Assembly (NCBI GenBank): GCA_000165425.1
Contig: CT868668.1
Span: 248,001 to 312,000, forward strand
Direction of reading: 5' to 3'
Source of the DNA: Paramecium tetraurelia
Lineage: Eukaryota
Length of the DNA: 64,000 nt
Each line of letters opens with the position of its first letter. Position 1 is the stretch's first letter. Of this stretch, positions 12,609 through 25,957 are shown piece by piece. The position numbers were made by a program, and so were the translations under genes. Under the pieces are notes generated by a model. The model ran no database searches and was not told the origin of the DNA. It saw only the letters and a list, made by a program, of their open reading frames with translations.

Positions 12609-13238
12609 ATGAATTCAAGAAAATCATCTACCTCAACTTTAGATTCAGAAAAAACCTCTCCGAGACTATAAAACATTAGACTGAAACCTATTAAATTTAT
12701 TGGCCCTGATTTTATGAATAATCTGTTTAAAAAACCTAAGGAATAAGAGATTGTCCCAATAGAAGTAAATTCAGATTCAGATTCATCTGGGTCGGAACAT
12801 GATGTGTTTGACAATGATGAGATATTGCTAAAGGGAATTCATCTTGGTGATTATGATAAATTATCTCCCACTGATTAATTGCAGATGCTCTATAAAATAC
12901 GCTTTGAGACTTATCCAAAAAGAAGAGAATATATCTCTGAGGAGGAATTGGCTTTAGAAACTCAAAAACTGGTCAATAAGATAAAGCTACATTTCTATAA
13001 ATTCAAAAAAATTTTGCCCTTATAAAATTTGCCAGATTTTACATAAAAATATGATATAAACCAAGATTAAAATTATGATCAATTTTGGGATTATTATCGA
13101 AACCGAAATAATCATAGAAAACACAAGCAAATAATCTGCCATCAAAAGAAGAAGAGCGAACCAAATAATCCTGTTCTGAGATCTAATAGCAGAATTCGTA
13201 CTGATTGCAGAATCCGAACCTTAGCTCACAAAAGATGA
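12609..13238 (+). CDS. Hypothetical protein
   Basis: Uninterrupted 209-codon code-6 ORF MNSRKSSTSTLDSEK...RTLAHKR*. Confidence 0.7.
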
Positions 13239-13320
13239 TGATCCCCTTCCATTATTACTATTACTTAATTATTTTAATCAATGACTAGCATTTAATTAAT
13301 TAATTTTAACCAGAATTAAG

Positions 13321-13875
13321 ATGGCTATGCGTGAATAACCGTGTCCTTACAGAATCATCGATGATTTTGGAGGAGCTTTCTCGATGGGATGCTTTGCTGG
13401 ATGCATATTCTATTTCTTAAAAGGCATGTCATTTGCTCCAAAAGAGGGAGAGATTTTTCGGTGGAATCTAATTATTAAAAAGAAGAGCCCCAATTTTAGG
13501 AGGATCATTCGCTCTTTGGGGAGGACTGTTCAGTATCACAGATTGTACTCTTATGCATCTGAGAAACCAATAAGATTTTATTAATCCCATAGTTGCTGGT
13601 GCATTTACAGGAGGATTTTTAGCCATAAGAGGTATAGCCTTTGAATTATAGTTTTAGCTGGTACAAGAATTGCAGTTAGAAATGCTATATTTGGAGGCAT
13701 AATCTTGGGTTTCATACAATTGGCTGAAATTGGAATGCTTAAAATATAAATGAGAGAAGAAATGAAAAGAATGCAATAATAACAATAATAATAAATGTAA
13801 GAAATGCAAGAAATGATGGCAATGCAAGTTTAATAGCCAAGTAAAAAATAATAACCGAAAGTGGAAAAATATTGA
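13321..13875 (+). CDS. TIM17: Mitochondrial inner membrane translocase Tim17, with an apparent +1 frameshift near 13441
   Basis: REQPCPYRIIDDFGGAFSMG...; shifted frame gives ERFFGGIQLLKRRAPILGGSFALWGGLFSITDCTL...NPIVAGAFTGGFLAIR; Gln-rich tail encoded largely by TAA. Confidence 0.9.
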
Positions 13876-13994
13876 AAAATTAATTTATATTTGTGCTCCT
13901 TTTTTATTTTAGTTTTTTCAAATCTTTTTAAGTATACGATACTAATATTTGTACGTATGAATTTATAATAATCAATATGCAAATAGGCATCTAA

Positions 13995-15206
13995 TCAAAT
14001 GGTATAATTCATACGACGACAAGCATTTAACCATTGCATACCTTCATTATATGTTTTGGGTTGAACTTAAGGGATGTCAATTCCTGGCACATTTAAAGTC
14101 AAATGAAGATCATTTGATCTAATCTTCTATTAGTTTGGACCTATTTTATAACAATTAACTTCAACATGCATAATTGGATCCTTTACTGCTGTTATCCTGC
14201 TCTAAACTTGTAAAGCACTACCAATATCAACAGGTGCAAGGAATTGAATATCATCAATATGAATGATTTGTGGGAATCCTTATCCTTTGACATGTAGATA
14301 GGCATTGAGCCAACCTAATTCGAAGGCTTCTCTCATGACAAAGCCTCCAAATACTTTTCCATGGAGATTTCTATCTTAAATGTGCATCAACAATGTTTTT
14401 TCAATTTGAGTTTCATCAATAGTTATATCTGAAGGAGGATTCATGAAAAATTTATGTAGTTCATTTATTTCTTCTTAACTTGGCGCTTTTCTATCAAGAC
14501 CCCTGTCTTTTTATTATTTTCTTTTGTCTTGCATGTGTTTACCCAAATAACATCTCATTTCTGCAGTTTCCTTATCACTTTCTCCATTCAAATCCAAGAT
14601 CGGCACTTTGTATGCTTTTGAATGATCTTTGCCATCTCTCGCTACCATTAAGAAGTTAGCTGAAACTTTAACTGCTCCTTCTTATATAACATCGATATAA
14701 ACTTCAATGGAAGAGTTACCAACAAATGTTACGTATCCTTATATTTCAAGGTCTTAATCAGCAGAAATCTTTCCAAAGAAATTAATATTATCTACCATTG
14801 CAGTAACTATAGTTGCACCACTGCTAGGCAGAATATAATTGTAAGAAACTGTGGATGCTATGTAATCCATCAATTCCAATAAACGACCAATTCTTACTTG
14901 ATTTGTGTAAAACCTACTAAATTTAAAACTCAGTTCAGGATTACTTTTTAATGGCAACACTACCTTATACCATGAGTTTCTAGGAGAACTACTCTTCTCA
15001 TTTAGTTCTTTCTGAGAATGACCATAAACTTTTATTTATTCATGATTTTTTGTGAAGAATGCTTTTACTAATCTGTCTTCTTCAGAATTTTCCTCTTTTT
15101 GCATTTCTGAAGGTACCTTCATCATAATTCCTTGATATTGTAATTGGCCTAATTTACATCGAGCAACCTAATTGTTGAAATATTATAAAGTTTTCTTAAA
15201 AAGCAT
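13995..15206 (-). CDS. Double hot-dog acyl-CoA thioesterase (ACOT9-like), probably mitochondrial
   Basis: VRIGRLLELMDYIA...IVTAMVDNINF...GYVTFVGNSSIEV...QDRNLHGKVFGGFVMREAFEL. Confidence 0.9.
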
Positions 15207-15223
15207 TAATATTATTTATAAAG

Positions 15224-16060
15224 ATGATAAATGATGTACCAGTTTAAGAGAGAAAGAATTTCACTTTATCCAGTAAACCTGATAATACAGAAGATACATA
15301 CTCTAAGGCCCCTGTCTCTTAATTTGCTTAAAATTTACTTTCAAAAATGGGATTTTAAGAAGGTTAACCGATTGGCAAAAATTCTCAAAAAAGCTCAGCA
15401 TTGTTAAAACCAATAGAATTTCTATCAAGAGGAGACAGAGAAGGTTTGGGAGTGAACCCAATGAAAACATATAGGTATGCTGGGGAGAAGGAGAAATAAG
15501 AAAGTGATAAATTTCAAGATGTAGTCATTTTAAGTGGAAAATATAAGAAAATGAAAGGAGTTAAATTGGAAGTTATAAAAACATAAGGATAGAGTGATAC
15601 TTATTTAATTGAATTGAAAAGTAATGGAGAAAAAATAAAAATTGCAGCTGATTAAGTAGTAGAGGCTAAATTTTATAAAGAGGAGAAGAGTAGAAGCAGA
15701 TCAAAAAGTAAATCTCAAAAATAATTAAAATGGATAACATCAGGTATAGTTGTAAAGGTTAAGAATAAGCATTATTAAGGTGGTAAATTTTATAATAAAA
15801 ATATATCCATATCTGATGTTTAAGATGAATATACTTTTAGTGCTCTTGGTTCTCACGGAGAACTAATAGAAGATTTGAAAGAAAAGGATGTTAAAGTTAC
15901 GCTTCCAAAAAAAGGGGGAAGGGTATGCATTGTCAAGGGAGAATTTAAAGGGGAACTGGGTTAATTTGTAGAGAAGAAGGAGAAGAAAATAGTGTTAGTT
16001 AAGTTGGAAAATGGTAGACTATTCGAATTTGAGAAGAAAAGTGTTTGTAGATTAATTTGA
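15224..16060 (+). CDS. GPKOW: G-patch and KOW motif protein (GPKOW/Spp2-like splicing factor)
   Basis: PVSQFAQNLLSKMGFQEGQPIGKN...REGLG G-patch; WITSGIVVKV...GKFYNK; C-terminal KOW RVCIVKGEFKGELG; intronless 278 aa. Confidence 0.88.
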
Positions 16061-16216
16061 TTTATTTTATAATTCTAGATTTTTAATTATGATTTCTGGA
16101 TTGCCACGTAAGCATTATAGTAAAAATTGTAATGAGTGAAAAGTGCAATCTCTGTGAAATGCTAAGATTAAGGGTATTAATTTAAACTGCTTTCAATATT
16201 GTAATAATCACAAATC

Positions 16217-16942
16217 TCAAACTCCTAATGACATACCTTTTCCTGATTTTAGACTAATGATGTAATAGTAAAGGAAATCTGCATATAATATAGTTTAAAC
16301 AATTCCTCCCAAAAGTGATGTCCAACAAACATCTCCAGTGAGTGAATATTTGTAAATCCAACTAACAATGTAGAAGAAACGATAAACTCCCAAAGCTCCC
16401 ACATAATTGGATGTAATGTTTTCAACCTAATAATGATAAATGATATTAACATCTTTGATCTTCTATAACATATGTAATTGTGGTATGATTGCTAATGCTT
16501 CTAACCAAATGCTATATGACCATCCTAATTCGAATGGAGCCAAATCAGTATGGACGAGGAGAGCCAAGACTGCTGCTCCAGTGTATATGAATTTATAGTG
16601 AGGAAAGTCATCACTTGCCGAATCATATGACTATGGATTAGCAATATTAAAATACTAGACAATATGGTTTCTTGAACTTCATGAGGTAAATTATGAACAC
16701 AGTGCTGCTGATGTAAAGTAATTTCATTGAGGTATTGTATACTGATACAAAATACATGAATAGATCAATGTATCTGACACAGAACACTGCAAGATAGATT
16801 TCTTGGGTTCTGAATGATAATCCTATTACATTATTTCATGAGTTACCTAAGCAATTTCTGGTTTTGCGGTATTTTTAAAATGAGGTATCAGAAATGACAC
16901 CAAGTGTAGAAAATCAGCAATATATCGAAATGGATTAAACAT
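16217..16942 (-). CDS. ERD2: ER lumen protein retaining (KDEL) receptor, with two apparent 1-nt insertions near the 5' end
   Basis: MFNPFRYIADFLHLVSF...GLSFRTQEIYLAVFCVRYIDLF...WSYSIWLEALAIIPQL...VENITSNYVGALGVYRFFY...GIVQTILYADFLYYY. Confidence 0.93.
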
Positions 16943-16949
16943 TTAATTA

Positions 16950-19857
16950 ATGCAAATGGATGAGGAAAATTAAGGATTAGTACGTCAAGAAGTGAAGAAA
17001 CCTAAGGATCCTGAAACACGTGGCATACTCTCCACTCTATGTTACATAATCCAACTCATCATACTCATTTTATTAGTATACCTACTTTTCAAGTATGCTT
17101 TGGCCAATCAAAGAAAATCTTCTTCGATCCCTTAAATCCAATAATTGAAAGTTAATGAAATTGAGAATATAGACGATATTGATAATACTCTGGTTCTGGA
17201 TAAGGAAGATTAAGACATCATGCAATTTTTAACTAGTCCTGAAGATGTTACTCAATTTGATAACATCATGCCAGAACCAGAAGAAGAACAATTTGAAGAA
17301 TTAATATTCGAAGCTGAACCATGGAATGAAGGACAATTGTAAGGTTGGCAATATAAGAATGGCTTAACTTTGATTGTCTAAGAAAAATTAGTGGAAATTG
17401 CTACTCTGTAATTTGTAATCTACCATGGCTATCATGATGATGATTACAATACATTATTCATGCATCTATTATTGAAGTAGCAGTGTTCCCAAGCACAATT
17501 GATTGAAAGACCATACATGAGTACTGTAACTATACACATTAAAAACGAATTAATGGAAACTTGCATTAGAAAGTTCGCTGATTCACTTGCAAGAGAATAC
17601 ACCTAAGATGATTTGGATAATATTAATAGTGAAGAAATAGAAATCAATGATGTAGATCTCATTTCCAAAATTGATAGAGTCTTAGATGCTATATCCTTAA
17701 ATAATGAAATTATGACTGAGCCCATGCAGATTTAAGATTTATAAAATTACATAGAATTAATATTGGTTTCAAATCCACTTAGGTTGACTATAGAATCTTC
17801 ACTCTCAAATTAAGAAATTTATATGATTGTTTCTGATACTCAACTATTGTAAAAGGAATTTGGAACATCAATTATTGATTCTTGGGATCTAGAGCCTATT
17901 TTATATAATCAAATCAGAATCAATTCCAATCTCACTTCAACAATTTTGATATATCCAACAAAGCAAGATGAATTTTTTAAACATTTGTTATTGTTAAAAA
18001 CATAAAATTCTTTACAAACTATTCTTAAATGTCAATTTGAAGTTTTAGATTTTGACTTCTTGGCAATTAATATTGAAGAATGCAATACCAATAGCATCAC
18101 ATTAGCTAATGCAATCTACAATTTTGGATCATTTTTAAAAAGATAAAATGAAAAAACATTATTAAACTGCCATAAAGATTTTTACAATTTATAAATTCTC
18201 TATTAAAAATATGTTGACGATAAGGAATTTTCCAAAAAGGATTTTAATGCAATTATTGATAATATTTAATCCGGAGTCATTATTATTGAATAAGGATAAT
18301 TTATCTACCAAGAATTAACTACTTTAAACAAAGAGGAATTCTTGAACTCTAATTTTGTGAATAAAAAAGTACAATCAATAGAGTATTCCAATATTTTGTT
18401 AGATTATACTACTGTTTCCAATATAGATGAGTAATTAATTTCATAGTTAAAACTACCCAATCTATCTTAGTTCATTCCTATCGAGTAACCCAATTACAAT
18501 TTTTACACAACAAAAAACGTTGTCCCAACTAATATTACGTTACCAGAACCCAAGCTTTAGAATGATTCTCCAAATGACATAGAACCCATTTACCAACCTA
18601 TAACTCCCTATGTTCCATTAGATTTAGATCAATCCTAAAAAAATTACCAAATTCCAATTTTAACCCCATTATAGATATCTTAAGAATTGTGGTGGCAATA
18701 CGATAATCGCACAAATAGAGTGTTTCTAGGAATTCTATTCTACAAACCAATCAATGGATATAGCATTGCAAAATCTAAGGCAATTCTAAAAGTTGCTTAA
18801 ATGTATATAGAGCAATCGAACTTAGAAGCCATCTCAGCTGGTTTCAATGTTTAGGTAGAAAGCAGCTTGAAAGGAATCTCGTTGATGTTATCAGGATGGA
18901 GTCTAACATTTGAAGCAGTTAAAAACTAGGTGTTATAGAATTTAAAATAAATAAAGGATGAATCTAAATTTAAGAATATCAAAGAAGATTTAAGAAGTTA
19001 ATTTTAGGAATATTATTTTTAAAAAACTTAGTTTTATTTAGTTCAATACTGGTTACCAAAATTGATGTTGCGACCTGTAAATGATCCAGCAGACATAATT
19101 AAAGAATTTTAGGATTTAAAATTTAATGAATTTCTCTTAATTCTTAAATGATATGTTTTCAGATATTAAGTATACAGCATTTGTTAGTGGGAATATCGAT
19201 ATTCATAATGCAAAATAGTTAGTGTAAGAGTTTCATCCTAATGAAATTGAAACTATTACGAAAACTTTATAAATTGAAAAAAATTTGGTTCATATAATCA
19301 AATTGCCAGCCAAATAGAAACAAAATGCAGTTCTAAAATATTTTTTATTTGGACAAGGGATTATCTAACATTAGCAGCTCTATTATTGTTGTAATTGCAT
19401 TTTGAATCTTAATAAGCAATTTAGGTTAGCTTTAAAATTTTTGGGTGCATCGATGGATTACTATTCTATAATTAAGGCACTGACAGTGTATTAAAATTAA
19501 ATGAATAAATTCAGTTGTTGATTGAATAGCAAAGGTTCAATGTGGATGATCTAAAGGAATAATTGATTTTGCATTATTAAAATAATGATGAATTTTTGTG
19601 GGATAAAATTTTCAATAGAAATTATGCATTTAATGTAAGATATCAATTAATAGAAATAGGAAATTATTGAGATTAAGAATTAAATTGAAAATGTCTAAAT
19701 AAGTGATTTCCATGGGATACTTCAGTCAGAAACGCTGAGTATATTTGGGGTAGCAGAGAGTTCCAAAATTCCTAATTTGCCATCAGGCTAACATGATTAC
19801 TCAAAGGAAAAGGAGAAGTCATATTTTGAATGTGCCTATTAATATTAGTCTTAATGA
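16950..19857 (+). CDS. Insulinase (M16A)-like protein with N-terminal TM anchor, catalytic motif degenerate
   Basis: TM LCYIIQLIILILLVYLLF; NGLTLIV...FVIYHGYHDDDYNTLFMHLLLKQ (HxxEH absent); ELWWQYDN...LEAISAGFNVQVESSLKGISLMLSGWS resembles insulinase domain 3. Confidence 0.7.
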
Positions 19858-20130
19858 ATTTTTGTAGATATGTCATTTTTAAGAATGTATAATTGATTGT
19901 CTATAATTCTACTTCGTATAATAAGTATTAAAATTGATAACAATTTGTGATTATGATTAAAGAAATTGATTTTTACTCTCTATAAGGAGGATTTACATTA
20001 TAGGTTCATTAAAGTAGGATTTTCACAAATAAGTGTTTTGTCCATAAAAATATGAAAATTATAAAGTGGAAACTGAATTCCTATTAGATATTGATTTTAT
20101 TTAATTGTTTAACAAAAATGAGTATTTTTC

Positions 20131-20776
20131 TCAGGAAAATTCAAGACTGTCGTTAGTTGTGCATGATAATTTTTAATCATCTTTCAACATCTTTTCTAGT
20201 TTTCTGATTCTTTGAAGGATGAGTTCATTTTTCTAGATGAGGATGATGATTTACTTATTGGGATATCTGTAGCTCTTATCTTGATTTATGAATTTCAATA
20301 ATGAGCATTACGTTCACATTTTAGATTTCAGCCTGCTATACCTTCATTTATTCCAATTCTTATTCTAGTCGATGGATTTGGAGACTTTAGCTATGATTAT
20401 GACGTATAGGTTATTTGTTCACTTATTGTTCTTGACTTCCACCATTTTCTATGTTTAGGTTAAGCATCTTTAGCTGAGGGTGTAGCTAAGAATAAATGAA
20501 TTCTTTACAACTGCACTCTGTAATAGTGCTTAAGTCTAAAGATTGTTTTGGTTTATATTTCATTTGACCAAAATTAAACATAGTATTGAACAATCCATAA
20601 TTTTAATCATCAAGTTTTTCAACAATCTAATGATGCAGAATAGGTTATTGTTATATTTTTTTAATGATGGCTCTCGTTTCATTGGTGTCATCATCATCAT
20701 CTTAAACAAGAAATTCAGATTAAATGGGAAAGTAGTTTCCACTTGATTTAGTTCTTCGATGATGATTGTTTTTCAT
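20131..20776 (-). CDS. Hypothetical protein with C-terminal coiled coil
   Basis: MKNNHHRRTKSSGNYFP...IHRLEQELEQMKVQQAEI, 22-nt intron, KNELILQRIRKLEKML...SLEFS*. Confidence 0.7.
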
Positions 20777-20909
20777 ATTATAAAGTATATTTATTTAAAA
20801 TATATGTGTAATTTAATACTTAATTTAACACAATTTGTAACTAAGACCATTCACTAATATTTAATAATATTTCTTGAGATAAGGATGATTATTTAATTAA
20901 AATATTAAA

Positions 20910-21784
20910 ATGATTGATTTCGATCCCTCAACTTTTGGATTAGCCCACACATATTAAAAGGAAGACAAAGATGAAATCAATACTTTAAGTATGCCCAGTG
21001 CACCTTAAGTGATTTACAGAAGCTTAAATGGTCCAACATAAACAAATGGGAGGAAACAAATTAAATAATTTCAAACATGGAACAACAACATTGGGATTTG
21101 TATTTAAAGAGGGCATTCTTTTGGCAGTCGATTCAAGAGCTAGTATGGGTAGTTTTTTGAGTAGTGAACAAGTGCGAAAGGTCATTGAAATCAATGAGTA
21201 TCTATTAGGTATATAATTCAAATTATTATAGGTACAATGGCTGGAGGTGCAGCTGATTGTTAATATTGGTTGGCTTATTTGGCCAATCATTGTAGAACAT
21301 ACGAATTAAAAAATGGTAGTAAATTGAGTGTGGCAGCTGCCTCCAAATTTCTTTAAGGAATTCTTATTGGTTATAAAAACTCTGGTCTCTCTATGGGTTG
21401 TATGATAGCAGGAACTGATCTATCTGGACAACACTTATACTACATTGATAATGATGGAATGAGATTGAAGGGTGACATCTTCTCAGTTGGCAGTGGTAGT
21501 ACATATGCTTATGGTGTATTGGATAATCATTATAGATATGATTTATCATTGAATGAAGCAGTAGAGCTGGGAGTCAGAGCTATTTATCATGCAACACACA
21601 GAGACACTGCTTCTGGTGGTGTAGTTAGAGGTAACTATTGAAGGTCATTCTAGTTTATCACATTCATTAGAATGGCTGGACTAAAGTACATGATGGAATT
21701 GATGTAGTCGATTTGCATTATAAATTTGCATAACAAAAGGGATTAGTAGGAGATGGTGATGAAGCTAAATAGAGATTGTTTTGA
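20910..21784 (+). CDS. PSMB5: 20S proteasome subunit beta-5
   Basis: [64 protein letters not shown]; three short introns. Confidence 0.97.
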
Positions 21785-21822
21785 TTTATAAAACATAATA
21801 TTAATATTAATATTAAATTAAT

Positions 21823-22849
21823 ATGTCTAAGAAAGAGCCTAAGAAGTAACAAAAACAGTAGGAAGAATCCAAATCCAAAATCAATTTTGAAGAAATCATT
21901 ATGAATAATCTATCTGGATTTAAGATGGTTTAGGATAATAGTGGATATCATTTTACAATCTTGAATTTAAATCAAAAGAATGTAGATACTTTAACTCAAA
22001 CCTTTGGAAATTACAAATATATTGAATCCATAGATTTAAGTGGGAATAACATTACTGAAATAGTGCAACGTATTATTCTTACTATCTAGTTTCATAACTG
22101 CCGTATTTGATCAGGTTGAATGTTGAAGGCAATAATATTAAGGATTTGAAATCGCTTGCTAATGAGGAGGCTTTCAAATCTCTTAAGTATCTTAATGCTG
22201 CTTCCAATAAGCTTGTAGAATTAGGTCCTATCAAAGTTCCATTAATATAACTTAATCTGAATGATAATAAAATTGAAAAAATGGATACTTTTGATGGTAA
22301 CCCAAAATTAAGGCAATTGTATTTGAAGAGAAATAAAATTGCAGCACTAACCTAGTTTTAAAATCTACCCGAATTGAAAGAACTCAAATTGAGTGAGAAT
22401 AAGATCAAGGCGATCTAGGGAGTTGAATTGCTCACTTCTATTTCAATATTGCAATTAAGAAAAAACCTAGTATTTACTTAACATTAATCTAGATTGAAGG
22501 GTTTGATGAAACATTTCCAGTCTTGGAAAATATTGTTCATTTTGATATTAGGGAGAACAAAATTGATAAATTCGATGAAATCACCAAGTTGCAAACCTTG
22601 CCCAATTTGAAAAGGCTGTTGTACAAAGGAAATCCTTTTGAGTCTAAAAGTCCCAATTATCTCTTAGATACAATCAACATTATGGTAAGATTAGAAAAAA
22701 TAAATAATATCTTTGTGACAAAGCAACTTAAGGAGAAGGCATTCTCATTTGCGAAAGATAAATATGACAGAGAAGTGGAGTAGAAGAGATTGCAAGAAGA
22801 AGAGGAGAGAGCTAAAGAGGCAGCACTTGCAGCATAATAGGAATAATGA
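21823..22849 (+). CDS. Leucine-rich repeat protein (LRRC23-like)
   Basis: Tandem LxxLxLxxNxI repeats (IDLSGNNI, LNVEGNNI, LNLNDNKI, LYLKRNKI, LKLSENKI) followed by LKRLLYKGNPF cap. Confidence 0.85.
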
Positions 22850-22885
22850 TATTGTATAAATTTAAATTATAATATATTATTATGA

Positions 22886-24158
22886 TCATTTTGATCTTTT
22901 TTTAGATTTTAGTTCTCTGAATAAGAGGACACAGCAAACAAATTCCGCTAGTAATGTAATGAGACATAAAAATGTAAATAAATGTTCGTCACCAATCCTT
23001 GGGATGATGATCTGAAACATTGCAGCTGTAAGAGTTCCAGTGCTTTCAATCAATGATGAAACAGTGGAAATGGCAGCCTTATCGTTTTCAAACTACTTAG
23101 TAAGTTCAATAGAGATGACTCCAGATATATTGTTGTAAGGTCCTCCTTGGAATATACCTATAGCCAAGATACAAAGATAGTAGGGCCAGACTATTAAGTC
23201 CAACCAAAATCTAATCACCAACATTGAACACATAGCCAATAACAAACTGGGTACAAAATAACAGGCACGTCGCTTATATTTATCGCCCAAGTATCCTAGA
23301 AAGATTCCTCCGACATAGCAACCGACATCAAACATTTAAGAAATATATGAGGAATGGTTTTCGAGCTTCTCTCCCTTTTGTTAAAAATAGAAAGGTAACC
23401 AATCCAGGAACCCATAAAAAGTTCCCTTAAGACAAGCGTAGCCTACTGCATAAATGGCTACTCCAGGAACCATCCATGCTGATAGAATATTTAAATTTTT
23501 ATTTTTCTATTTCAATATTAGAGGGGCAGATTCAGATTCGTTCATACCTTAAATTTGATTTCTCGGTTCGCTCTATAAGAAAGATAATGTGACCACACTA
23601 ACTAGGATTAGACAGCAGGACATAAAGTAAAAGCCCCAATAAACGGGCATTTCAAGTCTTTAAATGACAACATCACCAATTATTAATCCATAAATATCCC
23701 CCGCATTTACGCAACCTGACCATAAACCCATCATTAGGCCTACCTTGTGGTTCTTAAACCAATTGCCCAATACGTTCACACATGCAGGGTAGCATGCAGA
23801 TTGGATAAGGCCATTAATAGCCATTAAGACTATGACCAAGGGGCTATTCGATAAAATTTAAATCTTACAAGGTTAAGAGTTGAAACTCTTGTAATATTCC
23901 AAGGATCGCAAACAACATACCAACAGCCATACAACTAATTCCTATGGAATGTTTCAAACTGTTTTTGCAACACATTGGACCTATTGTATTCATCCCTATT
24001 CCATAGGTTAATAAGAATGTCAAATATGCTTAACCCATTTTATTTTTATTGTAGTCCTCAATAGTTAAATATTTTTGCATGTATGACCATAGAGTTCTGG
24101 CTGCATGCATTTACGCATAGCTAATAAATGTAAGAATCAAAACAGTCTTTTTTCCCAT
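22886..24158 (-). CDS. MFS sugar-phosphate exchanger (SLC37/GlpT-like)
   Basis: TFISYAQMHAARTLWS; QSACYPACVNVLGNWF...MGLWSGCVNAGDI; FDVGCYVGGIFLGYLGD; QGGPYNNISG; TVSSLIESTGT. Confidence 0.88.
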
Positions 24159-24327
24159 TAAAATAATTGTTATTTATAAGTCTATTCTTTATGTATTAAG
24201 TAGTATTAATTAATGATCTAGATATACGCATTATAATATTTCAATAACAAAAAATTGAATATTATATATATTCGAAAGTACAAATGATTGAGATTATTTT
24301 ATATTAGTTAGTCTCATTATTATTTAA

Positions 24328-25937
24328 ATGATATACTTAATATTAGGGGTCATTTTTTCACTTGCAATAGGCTGTTTCATAAGTGCGAAACCATTAAAGT
24401 AGAAGATCAAATCCAAGATAAGAAAGGAGAAACCAGAAGGAAAAGAGAGTGAATCTCTCGAGCATTCCTATGCTGAATCTAAAAGCAGTGGATTACTATT
24501 TTGCAATGTTTGCAAAAAGCTTCTCTTTAGTCTATGGGGAACACAATACCATGAATGTCTAATATGCGGAATATATGTTCATAAAAAATGCAGAAGAAAT
24601 CAAATACAATGCAAAATTATAAAATCCTCATAGAATGAGCTTGGTCATCAATGGCTAAGCGGAAATCTCCCTGTGAATTCAATATGTTGCCATTGTGGAT
24701 TAACATGTGGATATTTCTTTGATTTGGAAGGCAAAAGTTGTCTTTGGTGTTAAAAGGTCGTCCATGAAGAATGCAAAGACAAAGTAAACTAGTAATGTGA
24801 CTTTGGGGAATTCAAAGATGCAATCATTTTACCAAATGGAAACTTTACTAAACCAATAATTGTTGTTATTAACTAGAAGTCTGGAGGATAAGTCGGAGTA
24901 GACTTTTATAAATCTTTTCTTAGGTACATAGAGTTTATAATTAGATTTTTGAACCCTATTCAAGTGTTAAATATCTAGGAAATGGATAAACTTAAGAATT
25001 TCGCACATATAAAGACAGCCAAATTGATCACTGCAGGAGGAGATGGTACAGTTGCCAGTGTGATAAATCATATCAAGGAATTTGATTGGAATCCTCCTAT
25101 TGCCATTCTTCCATTAGGAACAGGAAATGATTTGAGCAGAGCATTGGGATGGGTAACGATCTAATACTATAAAATAAGGGTGGAACATACGAATAGCTGG
25201 ATGCATCTCATGTGTTATCAAAAATAATGAATAATGAGAATGTTACGTTACTGGATAGATGGAATGTAAAGATAGGGAATAAGAATTATAAGTTATTTAA
25301 TTATTTTGGAATTGGATTAGATGCAAAGTTTTGCTATGATTTTCATAATCTGAGATAGACATCGCCTTAATTGTTTAAAAGCAGATTGGGAAATAAGCTA
25401 ATTTATACATAGATGGGTTTGAATGATTTGATTAAGAATGAAAAGAGTGGTTTGGGAAAGAGAATAAAAGTCATTTGTGATGATTAGGTGGTAGATATTC
25501 CTGATTAGGTTGAAAATGTTATCATTTTAAACATCAACTCTTGGAGTGGAGGGGTTACTGGATTATGGGATTAAGATGGGGATTTTAAACAATAAAAAAT
25601 GAATGATGGACTATTAGAGATAATTGGAGTTACAAGTATTCTACATTTGGGTCGAATTCAAGTTGGATTGGATAAACCATATCAACTTGGCTAAGGTAGA
25701 AAGATTTAGATTATATACCCTTCAAATTCTTATGTCTAGATTGATGGTGAACCACTCTCAATTGGACCATCTATTATTGATATCTCTTTAGTTGATAAGG
25801 TACAAGTTCTGACCAATTACGAATTGACTTGGGAGAATAGGTTCCTGAAGACTATGGATTGGGCTGAAGAACAGAATCACATCACCAAACAAGCAAAAAA
25901 CGAAATTGTGAATCGTATGTTACATTATTATTAATGA
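24328..25937 (+). CDS. Diacylglycerol kinase, epsilon-like (N-terminal TM, two C1 domains)
   Basis: Two C1 fingers (FCNVC...HECLIC...HKKC; HQWLSGNLP...CCHC...CLWCQKVVHEEC); VINQKSGGQVG, AGGDGTV, LPLGTGNDLSRALGW, NYFGIGLDA, QIDGEP. Confidence 0.93.
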
Positions 25938-25957
25938 ATTAACAAATATTAAAAAAA

